Position numbers and translations under genes: made by a program
Virus record (IMG/VR): IMGVR_UViG_3300047160_001675
Span: 1 to 40,531 of that record
Direction: 5' to 3' (one strand)
DNA: 40,531 bases
From: a virus
Notes under the pieces: generated by a model
Told to the model about the DNA's origin: nothing
Seen by the model: only the letters and a program-made list of their open reading frames with translations
Database searches by the model: none
Part shown: one piece after another, positions 33,386-40,323 of the stretch
Layout of the letters: every line of letters begins with the position of its first letter
How positions within the stretch are numbered: position 1 is the stretch's first letter

Positions 33386-33894
33386 TACTTCCTCCAAAAG
33401 TGTTTGAATATTTCTAAACATTTTTTGAATAGATCGAATTGATCGTCATAGACGTAGAGATCCGGTTTCATCCCATGCTTATTCAGATGCAGAAAATGGA
33501 TACCACGTATGTCGTAGCCATGTTTCCGAGCCATATAAGCATAGGCTGACCCCTGAAGAGGCCATGTCTTCGATGGTTTCGCAGAAGTTTTAAGGTCTAG
33601 TATGATAGCTCCTTCTTCGCTCTCAATGATCATATCGACAGCGCCGGTGATCATTAGCTCGGAGCAGTAGAACCTTTGTTCTAAGGCTAGAACCTTGCGT
33701 CCTTCTTCCCACCATTGTTTGAAACTATGGACATAGCCTCGAGTTTCATCATCTACATCCCACTCGCCTAAGCCTTTAACAATACCTTCGCATATGTCAT
33801 GCACCTTTGTGCCACGCCTAGCAGCGTTCGCTAATATGTCTTTAGGTACTTTATCAAGCCCGGTGAAGGGAGATAGTATTTCCGTGACCCTCAT
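33385..33894 (-). CDS. PD-(D/E)XK-family exonuclease (Cas4/RecB/YqaJ-like, 169 aa).
   Basis: GAVDMII ... ILDLKTS ... QGSAYAYM matches the D...(D/E)xK...QxxxY architecture. It is paired with the annealase gene. Confidence 0.6.
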   Translation of the reverse strand: MRVTEILSPFTGLDKVPKDILANAARRGTKVHDICEGIVKGLGEWDVDDETRGYVHSFKQWWEEGRKVLALEQRFYCSELMITGAVDMIIESEEGAIILDLKTSAKPSKTWPLQGSAYAYMARKHGYDIRGIHFLHLNKHGMKPDLYVYDDQFDLFKKCLEIFKHFWRK

Positions 33895-34013
33895 GTAGTC
33901 GGATTTATCTTGTAAGTTTTCTTTATTCAGGTTAATTTTACCTCGTTAAAAGGTGACCTAATGCAAAACCAAGAAGCAACCACATGAACATTTCAAAATC
34001 TGAACCGGGTGGT

Positions 34014-34133
34014 CTAAGGGCTATAACTTGCATTGACGCACACTATGAAAAAGATTATGGTTAATACAAAACTAAGGAACCACCAAGCTATGTAAGGACA
34101 ACCTTCAAATATTTCTTTCCAAACCGCGTTCAT
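34014..34133 (-). CDS. Possible 39-aa hydrophobic peptide at the head of the leftward recombination operon. Not in the ORF track.
   Basis: Hand translation gives MNAVWKEIFEGCPYIAWWFLSFVLTIIFFIVCVNASYSP. The SD is weak. Confidence 0.25.
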   Translation of the reverse strand: MNAVWKEIFEGCPYIAWWFLSFVLTIIFFIVCVNASYSP

Positions 34134-34141
34134 GAAATTCT

Positions 34142-34160
34142 CTGGATTTCCTGTTGATAG
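34142..34160 (+). promoter_or_regulatory. CTGGATTTCCTGTTGATAG motif in the divergent region upstream of the replication operon.
   Basis: It matches 10390..10408 (CTGGAATTCCTGTAAATAA) at about 16 of 19 positions and 12687..12705 at 14 of 19. Confidence 0.35.
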
Positions 34161-34188
34161 TCCACTAAATTTGAACATACATGAATAG

Positions 34189-34542
34189 ATGAATTTGTGG
34201 AAAACTTTATTTGGATATCTTACAGAATTTTGTGTGTATGATTATATGACAGATGTACAAGTTATTGATTTCGTTGAGGTTAAGAATAACCCCTGCATAT
34301 GCATAGCGATAGTAAGTTATGGCGATATCTATATGCGCATCAGAGTTATGTACAGAAAAAAGAGTGGATTGACGATTGAATTACCAAAAGCACCGCAAAG
34401 AAATGGTTGGGTGCATTGCTGTTGGTTTGCAGAAAAGGATAGACAGGTCGAATTTCAATTAATTGTTATAAGACAGTTGACTGAGAAGTTTCCGGATGCT
34501 AAAAGGATCATCGACTCAAAATTGAAAAAAGTAGTGCAATAA
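34189..34542 (+). CDS. Hypothetical protein (117 aa) with a possible SpoVG-like beta-rich fold.
   Basis: The strand/turn pattern (VIDFVEVKNNPCICIAIVSYGDIYMRIRVMYRKKSGLTIELPK...) is shared with 37883..38203. No clear SD, and ATG 34246 is an alternative start. Confidence 0.45.
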   Translation: MNLWKTLFGYLTEFCVYDYMTDVQVIDFVEVKNNPCICIAIVSYGDIYMRIRVMYRKKSGLTIELPKAPQRNGWVHCCWFAEKDRQVEFQLIVIRQLTEKFPDAKRIIDSKLKKVVQ

Positions 34543-34560
34543 ATTTTTGTAAGTATTATT

Positions 34561-34588
34561 AAGAAAGAAACCCAGCACTAAGGCTGGG
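34561..34588 (-). terminator. Minus-strand intrinsic terminator (CCCAGC-6 nt-GCTGGG, then UUUCUUUCUU) with no minus-strand gene upstream.
   Basis: The U tract exists only on the minus strand. On the plus strand the hairpin is followed by TCGCAGG. Confidence 0.5.
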
Positions 34589-34746
34589 TCGCAGGACGTT
34601 GAGTTCTGTAGGTGTGTATAGTCCAGAACTGAAGCATTTAATGATGATTACCAGTCATCTTTAAACCAATTGATCTTCCCGATCGCTTCAGACTATACCC
34701 CCCTTAAGAATTTTGCGTCCAGTATAAAAAAACATACTGGATCTCT

Positions 34747-35061
34747 ATGACCGCCGTTTGCTGTAACCAATGCTTCCACCATATAGCCTCGAACGATGCG
34801 CCTGCTGCAAAGCTTTGGCTTGATCTATGCGCTTGTTTTGTTCGTTGGGAAGGCCAATTAAAGGTAAAGGAAAACCGTGTTCCGGGTGTGATTAAGCACT
34901 TTAGGAGCTTAGAAAAGTTGGGATATATCTCAACTGCTGATGGCCCTGACGCTGTATCTATACGCGTTAACGGCTATGACATTATTGAAGTGGAGAAAGA
35001 GAAGATGTGTCTGGATACATTCTGCCTTGATAGGGAGAAACATTCTAGCTCATGGCTCTAG
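34747..35061 (+). CDS. Hypothetical protein (104 aa), possibly winged-helix.
   Basis: The ORF contains HFRSLEKLGYIST. The SD is weak. Confidence 0.5.
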   Translation: MTAVCCNQCFHHIASNDAPAAKLWLDLCACFVRWEGQLKVKENRVPGVIKHFRSLEKLGYISTADGPDAVSIRVNGYDIIEVEKEKMCLDTFCLDREKHSSSWL

Positions 35062-35095
35062 AAAACACAACGGGCCACCCCACAGAGGTGACCCG
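35061..35095 (-). terminator. Minus-strand intrinsic terminator (CGGGUCACC-7 nt-GGUGGCCCG, then UUGUGUUUUC), paralogous to the one at 4806..4839.
   Basis: The G.U pair forms only in minus-strand RNA. It shares GGCCACCC and GTGACCC with the 4816..4839 hairpin. Confidence 0.5.
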
Positions 35096-35164
35096 CTAAA
35101 CTAATGAACTAATGTAACCCTAGTCTATAAAACCGAAAGATTATAGGCAAGTGAAAGGATAAAT

Positions 35165-35992
35165 ATGACAGAAAATAATAATCGTATCGGGATGCACCAT
35201 AGCTTCGATGCCGACTTGGCTGTTGAGTTAAAAAGCATCGACCTAGCAGTTTTAGTGCATCATTTTCAGTTCTGGATCAGGCATAACGCTGCTACCGGGA
35301 CAAATACATATGACGGCAAGACATGGACGTTTCAAAGCCTTAAAGATATAGCTGCTCACTTCCCGTATTGGTCGAACAAACAGGTAGAGCGCTTAATCAA
35401 TAAGCTTGTTGAATTGGAAATTTTAGTTAAGGGCAATTACAACACTAGCGCCTATGATCGAACAGTGTGGTACGCCTTCAAAAATGAAGAAAGGTTTACC
35501 ATTTCCCGAAATCGGGAAATCGAAATCCCTAAACCGGGAAATCAAAATCCCGAAATCGGGACACCTATACCAGATACTAAGAAGAAGAAGAAGAAGAAGA
35601 GCGCTCCGCTTATTGAATTCAATTATGAATCCAATGAATTCGATAACATCACCGATGCCGATAAAGCCGAATGGCTATCAATCTATTCGGGCGTTGATGT
35701 CGAACTTGAGCTGCGTAAGATGCGCCAATGGCTTATGGACCCCAAGAACCCAGAGCGTGATGGTAATAGAACCTTCATCACCAATTGGCTTTCTAGAGCC
35801 CAGAAAGAAGTCAAAAAAACTCCTAAGAAGCCCACGGCTAACCCAGCAATACAAGATGCTGACGTTATTCCATTCAATGCCGATATAGCGCAATCCTACC
35901 GAGATGAAAGCGAAGAAGCGTACGTTGCATACCTTCAACGCATTACGGACAAAAAACACTATCAAGAATATTTGAAATCTAAGGGTTTATAA
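35165..35992 (+). CDS. Replication initiator / replisome-organizer-like protein (275 aa).
   Basis: N-terminal winged-helix-like segment (FPYWSNKQVERLINKLVELEILVKGNYNTSAYDRTVWYAF). Iterons lie in the linker. It is followed by the primase-helicase gene. Confidence 0.6.
   Translation: MTENNNRIGMHHSFDADLAVELKSIDLAVLVHHFQFWIRHNAATGTNTYDGKTWTFQSLKDIAAHFPYWSNKQVERLINKLVELEILVKGNYNTSAYDRTVWYAFKNEERFTISRNREIEIPKPGNQNPEIGTPIPDTKKKKKKKSAPLIEFNYESNEFDNITDADKAEWLSIYSGVDVELELRKMRQWLMDPKNPERDGNRTFITNWLSRAQKEVKKTPKKPTANPAIQDADVIPFNADIAQSYRDESEEAYVAYLQRITDKKHYQEYLKSKGL
35505..35561. repeat. Iteron cluster inside the initiator gene (candidate ori). CCCGAAATCGGGA occurs twice 44 bp apart, GGGAAATC twice 22 bp apart, and GAAATC five times.
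   Basis: Read directly: CCCGAAATCGGGAAATCGAAATCCCTAAACCGGGAAATCAAAATCCCGAAATCGGGA. Confidence 0.55.
35579..35599 (+). repeat. (AAG)7 trinucleotide repeat encoding Lys7, directly after the iterons.
   Basis: Read directly. Confidence 0.95.
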
Positions 35993-37446
35993 TGCAACAC
36001 ACACACTTTACTAGGGATTCACTGGACGCAGAAGGAAGAGAGTTTTTATGTGATCGAGGCATCAGCATTCCGGTCGCACAACAAATGGGCGTAGCTAGCG
36101 CAAATGGAGCCATAAGTTTTCCTTATGTTTTCAATGGCGAGATAGTCCGCGTTAAGTATCGCAATATGCAGGACAAAAAGAAAATGTGGTTCAGCAAGAA
36201 GGACGACGAAAGGGAGAATTTCAAGATGCCCTTCTGGAACCAACGCATTTGGCCTACAAGCGATTATCTTATCATCACGGAGGGTGAGTTCGATGCGATC
36301 GCGATAGCTCAATTGGGAGCCTCCTGTGTGGTTTCTTTGCCAAACGGTGCAGCTAGTGTCGTATCGACATTCAAGAATCATTACGATTACCTGCAAAGTT
36401 TTAGTGAAATCTATATTGCCTTCGATATGGATGAGGCTGGAGAAAAGGCAGTCAATGAGGCTAAGAAGTTAATACCTCCAAAGAAGTTTCGTAGGATCAT
36501 GTTTCCTGCGAAAGATGCGAATGACTGGGTGGCACAAAATCCGGGCATCGACAAACATGAGCTTGATCATTTGATGCGTAATGCATCTAAGATCTGCGTT
36601 GACGAGATCGTTCACTTTAGAGACCTACCCGAAACGTTTTACCAATCAAGAGATAGAGGTGTTCCGACTGGATGGAAAGATCTTGATGATTTGATAGGCG
36701 GTATTCGACCGAAAGAGATGACGGTTATCTCAGCCGATACGGGTGCAGGTAAAACAACATTTTCAGTAAACCTTCTATGCAATTTGATACGCAAAGATCC
36801 TTCAGGTTTTTGGATCAATAGTTGGGAGATGGACTATGAAGTTATCATCCGAAAAGTCGCTAGTGTAGTACTAGGGTCTAAGTTCAAAACGCAAGCCTTT
36901 ACCAGTGAGCAGATCAAGGCGTTCAAGGCGTGGATGCACAAGCACAACGCTATGATCAATCCGAAGCGATCGAAAGCCGATATTCCATCGCTACAGAAGC
37001 AGATCGAGCTTGCCTCTAAGGTCTATGGCGTGAAGTACGTACTCTTAGATCACCTAGACTACATTAGCGCGACGTCGAAAGAGAAAGAGGGTCACGAGAA
37101 GATCAAGGACGCCGTCGTAGGCATTCACGATATGGCTATGGAGTATGATGTTCACATCCTGCTTATAGCCCATCCTAAGCAGTTAGAAGATGGATCTGGT
37201 AAGATGCATATGGGGCAGCTCAAAGGGAGTGCCGCGATCAAGCAGTACGCTGACAACATATTGCTCTTGCAAAACATGGCGCAAGCCGATCTAGCATCGC
37301 CTGATAATCGCATGAAGGTTTTAATCCCTAAGAACCGTTTCTTCGGAACTAAAGGAGAAGTAACCCTCAGGTATATACCAGAGAGCGATAGCTATATAGA
37401 TAATTCGCAAATATTTTCACCAAGGAGAAGTTATGAAGAAGGTTAA
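35992..37446 (+). CDS. Bifunctional primase-helicase (TOPRIM plus DnaB/RecA-like ATPase; T7 gp4-like, no obvious zinc finger).
   Basis: TOPRIM is seen as IITEGEFDAIA...LPNGA...AFDMDEAGEKA. Walker A is SADTGAGKTTF. Walker B is VLLDHLDY, followed by ILLIAHPKQ. Confidence 0.85.
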   Translation: MQHTHFTRDSLDAEGREFLCDRGISIPVAQQMGVASANGAISFPYVFNGEIVRVKYRNMQDKKKMWFSKKDDERENFKMPFWNQRIWPTSDYLIITEGEFDAIAIAQLGASCVVSLPNGAASVVSTFKNHYDYLQSFSEIYIAFDMDEAGEKAVNEAKKLIPPKKFRRIMFPAKDANDWVAQNPGIDKHELDHLMRNASKICVDEIVHFRDLPETFYQSRDRGVPTGWKDLDDLIGGIRPKEMTVISADTGAGKTTFSVNLLCNLIRKDPSGFWINSWEMDYEVIIRKVASVVLGSKFKTQAFTSEQIKAFKAWMHKHNAMINPKRSKADIPSLQKQIELASKVYGVKYVLLDHLDYISATSKEKEGHEKIKDAVVGIHDMAMEYDVHILLIAHPKQLEDGSGKMHMGQLKGSAAIKQYADNILLLQNMAQADLASPDNRMKVLIPKNRFFGTKGEVTLRYIPESDSYIDNSQIFSPRRSYEEG

Positions 37447-37873
37447 GGGAGAACCTGGCCCATATGTTCCTTATGATGAAGTAGTTAGGAAACTCACCGC
37501 CCCCGCATATGGGGCTGGTGATTTGGTAGAGCTTCAGCTCTTCCATACTGAACACTTCGTAAGGGACGCAATAGCCTGCGGTAAGATCAAGTTCCAAAAG
37601 GTCAATAAGCGTGCTGTTATCCTGTGTAGGGATGACATCTTAGAGTATTGGCATAAGTATCGAAACGAACCCTATGAGGCAGCTAACAACACCCTTCCGG
37701 TGAAATTAACTATCTCAGAGGTTGAGTATCTTACCGACCTTGTCAAAGCGGGTAAGTCGAGAATGGATAGAGAATTTGATTTTAGCGATCTGTTTAGAAA
37801 CTTTATTAAACACTTAAGAAAAAGCAAAGTATCAGTTGAAAATGCACCTCAATTGTTTGCTAAAAATTATTAG
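37433..37873 (+). CDS. Hypothetical protein (146 aa).
   Basis: Overlapping-start ORF in the operon. Confidence 0.55.
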   Translation: MKKVKGEPGPYVPYDEVVRKLTAPAYGAGDLVELQLFHTEHFVRDAIACGKIKFQKVNKRAVILCRDDILEYWHKYRNEPYEAANNTLPVKLTISEVEYLTDLVKAGKSRMDREFDFSDLFRNFIKHLRKSKVSVENAPQLFAKNY

Positions 37874-37882
37874 GAGAAAGAG

Positions 37883-38203
37883 ATGATAGAATTAATTAGC
37901 GTCAATCCGATCAATAAAGGCGATATGCTGGCTAGTGTTTCAGTTCATATTAAGCCTTGGAAGCTAAAGATCCATGAGATCACCGTGATGCAGAAGGGTG
38001 TAAACCGCTGGGTCAATCTACCTCAAAGAAAGTACGAAGCTAACGGAGAAACTAAATACATCAAGCAATTAGAGTTTGATGATACCGGCACTGAGAAGCG
38101 TTTCCGCGATCAGATTATGGCCGCGGTTGATGAGTACATTATGCGTAATGGCGATCTAGTGCCTGAAGACGTCGTTAAAGCAGACGAACCATTCCCATTC
38201 TAG
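37883..38203 (+). CDS. SpoVG-like small protein (106 aa).
   Basis: IELISVNPINKGDMLASVSVHIKPWKLKIHEITVMQKGVNRWVNLPQRKYEANGETKYIKQLEFDD...RFRDQIMAAVDEY follows the SpoVG pattern as I remember it. Confidence 0.45.
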   Translation: MIELISVNPINKGDMLASVSVHIKPWKLKIHEITVMQKGVNRWVNLPQRKYEANGETKYIKQLEFDDTGTEKRFRDQIMAAVDEYIMRNGDLVPEDVVKADEPFPF

Positions 38204-38210
38204 GAGTTAT

Positions 38211-38414
38211 ATGAAAGTTGGATTTACGGGACTTTTGTTCCTATTGTTTTTAGGCCTTAAACTGGGCGGTGTGATCGCGTGGTCATGGGTATGGGTAACC
38301 GCACCTCTATGGATTCCTATTGCATTAGCGGGCCTTTTTATAGCCTTCTTGGGTATTTGTGTTCTCTTTAAGGTCTTGCAAACATTTGGAGGGCCGAATG
38401 TCAAAAAAGCCTAA
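38211..38414 (+). CDS. Small membrane protein with 2-3 TM segments (67 aa; possibly a holin).
   Basis: Hydrophobic stretches LLFLLFLGLKLGGVIAWSWVWV and LWIPIALAGLFIAFLGICVLF with a basic C-terminus. Confidence 0.55.
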   Translation: MKVGFTGLLFLLFLGLKLGGVIAWSWVWVTAPLWIPIALAGLFIAFLGICVLFKVLQTFGGPNVKKA

Positions 38415-38592
38415 GACTCCATACGAGGAGTTAAAAGAATATATTGATGACTACATAAACTTTATGGAGAAGATCAATAAAAAGCGTATGGCAGCAGCCG
38501 AGAAAGAGCTTGAACACACTATCCAAGAGGGTAGAGCGTTCAACCTTTTACGTCAAAATATAACCAATTTGGAGGCTCATGGAGTATCCTAA
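38398..38592 (+). CDS. Hypothetical coiled-coil protein (64 aa; start moved to the internal ATG).
   Basis: GGAGGG SD upstream of ATG 38398. Confidence 0.55.
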   Translation: MSKKPKTPYEELKEYIDDYINFMEKINKKRMAAAEKELEHTIQEGRAFNLLRQNITNLEAHGVS

Positions 38593-39287
38593 AATAAACT
38601 CTCTATGGAAAAGACACGGATGGTACTTCGACGAAAAGGAGAAGAAGGAGTGTCTTTGACGCTTCACGCCAAAAGCTTCGACAGTCTTTCATCGAGGGGG
38701 ACTATGCTTGCCCAGAGTTCGGTTCCATAAATAGATGGATGATCGACGAAAAAGTTGACGGCACTAATGTGCGGATTTTTTGGGAGCCAGCAGACCAGTT
38801 TTCCCCGAACTACGGAGGCAGGACAGATAACGCACAAATGCCAACCTCTCTCCTTCAACACTTGCAACATACTTTTACCCGCGAAAAGCTTCAAAAGCAG
38901 TTTCCTGATGCACGGAAGGTCATTCTTTTCGGCGAAGGGTACGGCCCAAAGATCCAAGCCTGTGGAGGTAGGTATCGTAAAGACGTGTCCTTCATCCTCT
39001 TCGACGTCTGGATCGACGGATGGTGGCTCGAAAAGGAAAGTGTATTGGAGATCGCCTCGGCACTTGATATTGAACACACCATTAATCAAAAGATTATGAC
39101 AACCGCTGAGGTTGTTGAATTCGTAAAATCTAAGCCCAAGAGTTACATCGCGGAAGATAGGGAGCTGATCATGGAGGGGGTAATAGCGCGAAGCGTCCCG
39201 CTTATGCTCTTCAGAAATCACAAAACTCCTATCATGTTCAAACTTAAAGTTAGAGACTTCCCAGATATTAGCGAGGTCGAAGCTTAA
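38579..39287 (+). CDS. ATP-dependent RNA ligase (Rnl2/PF09414-like), assembled as join(38579..38656, 38658..39287). It needs a +1 frameshift at CUU-UGA and would give 235 aa.
   Basis: Motif I is EKVDGTN, with the lysine codon at 38751. Motif III-like is ILFGEGYG, motif IV-like is FILFDVW, and motif V-like is EGVIARS...FKLK. The N-terminal MEYPKINSLWKR resembles T4 Rnl2 MFKKYSSLENHY and lies in the -1 frame relative to the body. The body frame has no start codon or SD upstream of motif I. Confidence 0.65.
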
Positions 39288-39748
39288 TGATCAAGTTAAT
39301 ACTGCCGGGAGATCCTGTAGCTCAAGCGCGAATTAGAGTATTCAAGAGGGGGAATAGGGTTATGACCTTTGACCCACAAACAGCTTTAAAGAGGGATTTG
39401 AAGATCAAAGTCGCGGATGATCTGCAAAAACTCGACTGAAAGCAACCGGAATACCCGCGCGTGATGTTCTGGTTCTACATGCCCATACCCAAAAGCATGT
39501 CGAAAAGGGATCGTGTAGACGCTAATAAAGGGTTCCTGAAGCACGTTAAGAAGCCTGATGTTGATAATCTTATCAAGTTATATCTCGACGTGCTGTCAGG
39601 GATTGTGATTAAAGATGACAATAGTGTGGCTATAGGTAGCGCTATCAAGGTTTATTCTTGTAAGCCCCGGGTGGAGATTTACATAGAGGAGACCCAAAAG
39701 AATGTAACAATGAATGAGGTATGGGAGGGTACATGGTCGACGCAGTAG
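39287..39748 (+). CDS. rusA: RusA-family Holliday-junction resolvase interrupted by an in-frame TGA at 39437..39439 (50 codons, TGA, 102 codons).
   Basis: The N-terminal part MIKLILPGDPVAQARIRV and the C-terminal part FWFYMPIPKSMSKRDR...KKPDVDNLIKLYLDVLSGIVIKDDNSV (PDxDN and DD motifs) are in one frame. The upstream part is TAATG-coupled to the ligase gene. Confidence 0.65.
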
Positions 39749-40323
39749 AAGAAGCATTAAATCAAATACAAGATAGATTATATGATAATATCATTGGCGG
39801 TGAGTTTAATAGCTTTATTAGTAATATGTCTTCATCAACTAAAGAGCGAATGGTTAAAGACAATATTATAGGACAAACTAGAGAGTTCTTTAATAAATTA
39901 AATAGTGAGTTTGAAGATATCCGTTTTATGTATTTTTGGGGTATGGGGCCATGCCTTTTAAACTCTGAGATGCACCGGGTATATACTGATCGGTATAACG
40001 AAGATTATGCCGAAGATAGCTATAACGATTTCGATGCAATGTACGACCGCGAAGGGGATACTGAATATTTTTATCAGACTCCGCTTACGGAAATTACAAT
40101 TAGAGTTGAATATTACTGGGAGAGAGTTTGTTCTTTAGGTTGCAGGCATAGAACTAAACGTTTCTATCTATTTAATATTCCTAAACTATTAGATTTCATT
40201 GGTTATTTAAAGGTAGGTATGCCGGTAAGAACTTTTGTTAAAGAGTTCATACCGGACTTCTTTTACGATCCTACAATCGCCCCTGTAAAGCGAGGACGCC
40301 CGAAAAAAGCTTCTCATAATTAA
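39733..40323 (+). CDS. Hypothetical protein (196 aa) with a C-terminal AT-hook-like KRGRPKK.
   Basis: GGAGGG upstream of ATG 39733 (alternative ATG at 39721). The 3' end overlaps the convergent recombinase gene by 53 nt. Confidence 0.55.
   Translation: MVDAVEEALNQIQDRLYDNIIGGEFNSFISNMSSSTKERMVKDNIIGQTREFFNKLNSEFEDIRFMYFWGMGPCLLNSEMHRVYTDRYNEDYAEDSYNDFDAMYDREGDTEYFYQTPLTEITIRVEYYWERVCSLGCRHRTKRFYLFNIPKLLDFIGYLKVGMPVRTFVKEFIPDFFYDPTIAPVKRGRPKKASHN

Noticed and set aside
35505-35561. Short direct repeats considered as a CRISPR-like array.
   Set aside because: The repeats are 6-13 bp with 0-20 bp spacers inside a coding linker. That is iteron-like, not CRISPR. No cas genes or regular 25-40 bp repeat/spacer structure occur anywhere in the window.
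35454-35965. Alternate-frame and antisense ORFs inside the initiator gene (35454..35888 +, 35678..35965 -, 35683..35877 -).
   Set aside because: These are shadow ORFs. The +1 frame turns the (AAG)7 tract into poly-Arg, and it has no independent start signals.
38664-39221. 185-aa minus-strand ORF, plus alternative plus-frame ORFs at 38755..39099 and 38891..39082.
   Set aside because: They overlap the RNA ligase body, whose frame carries the motif I/III/IV/V series. These are shadow ORFs.
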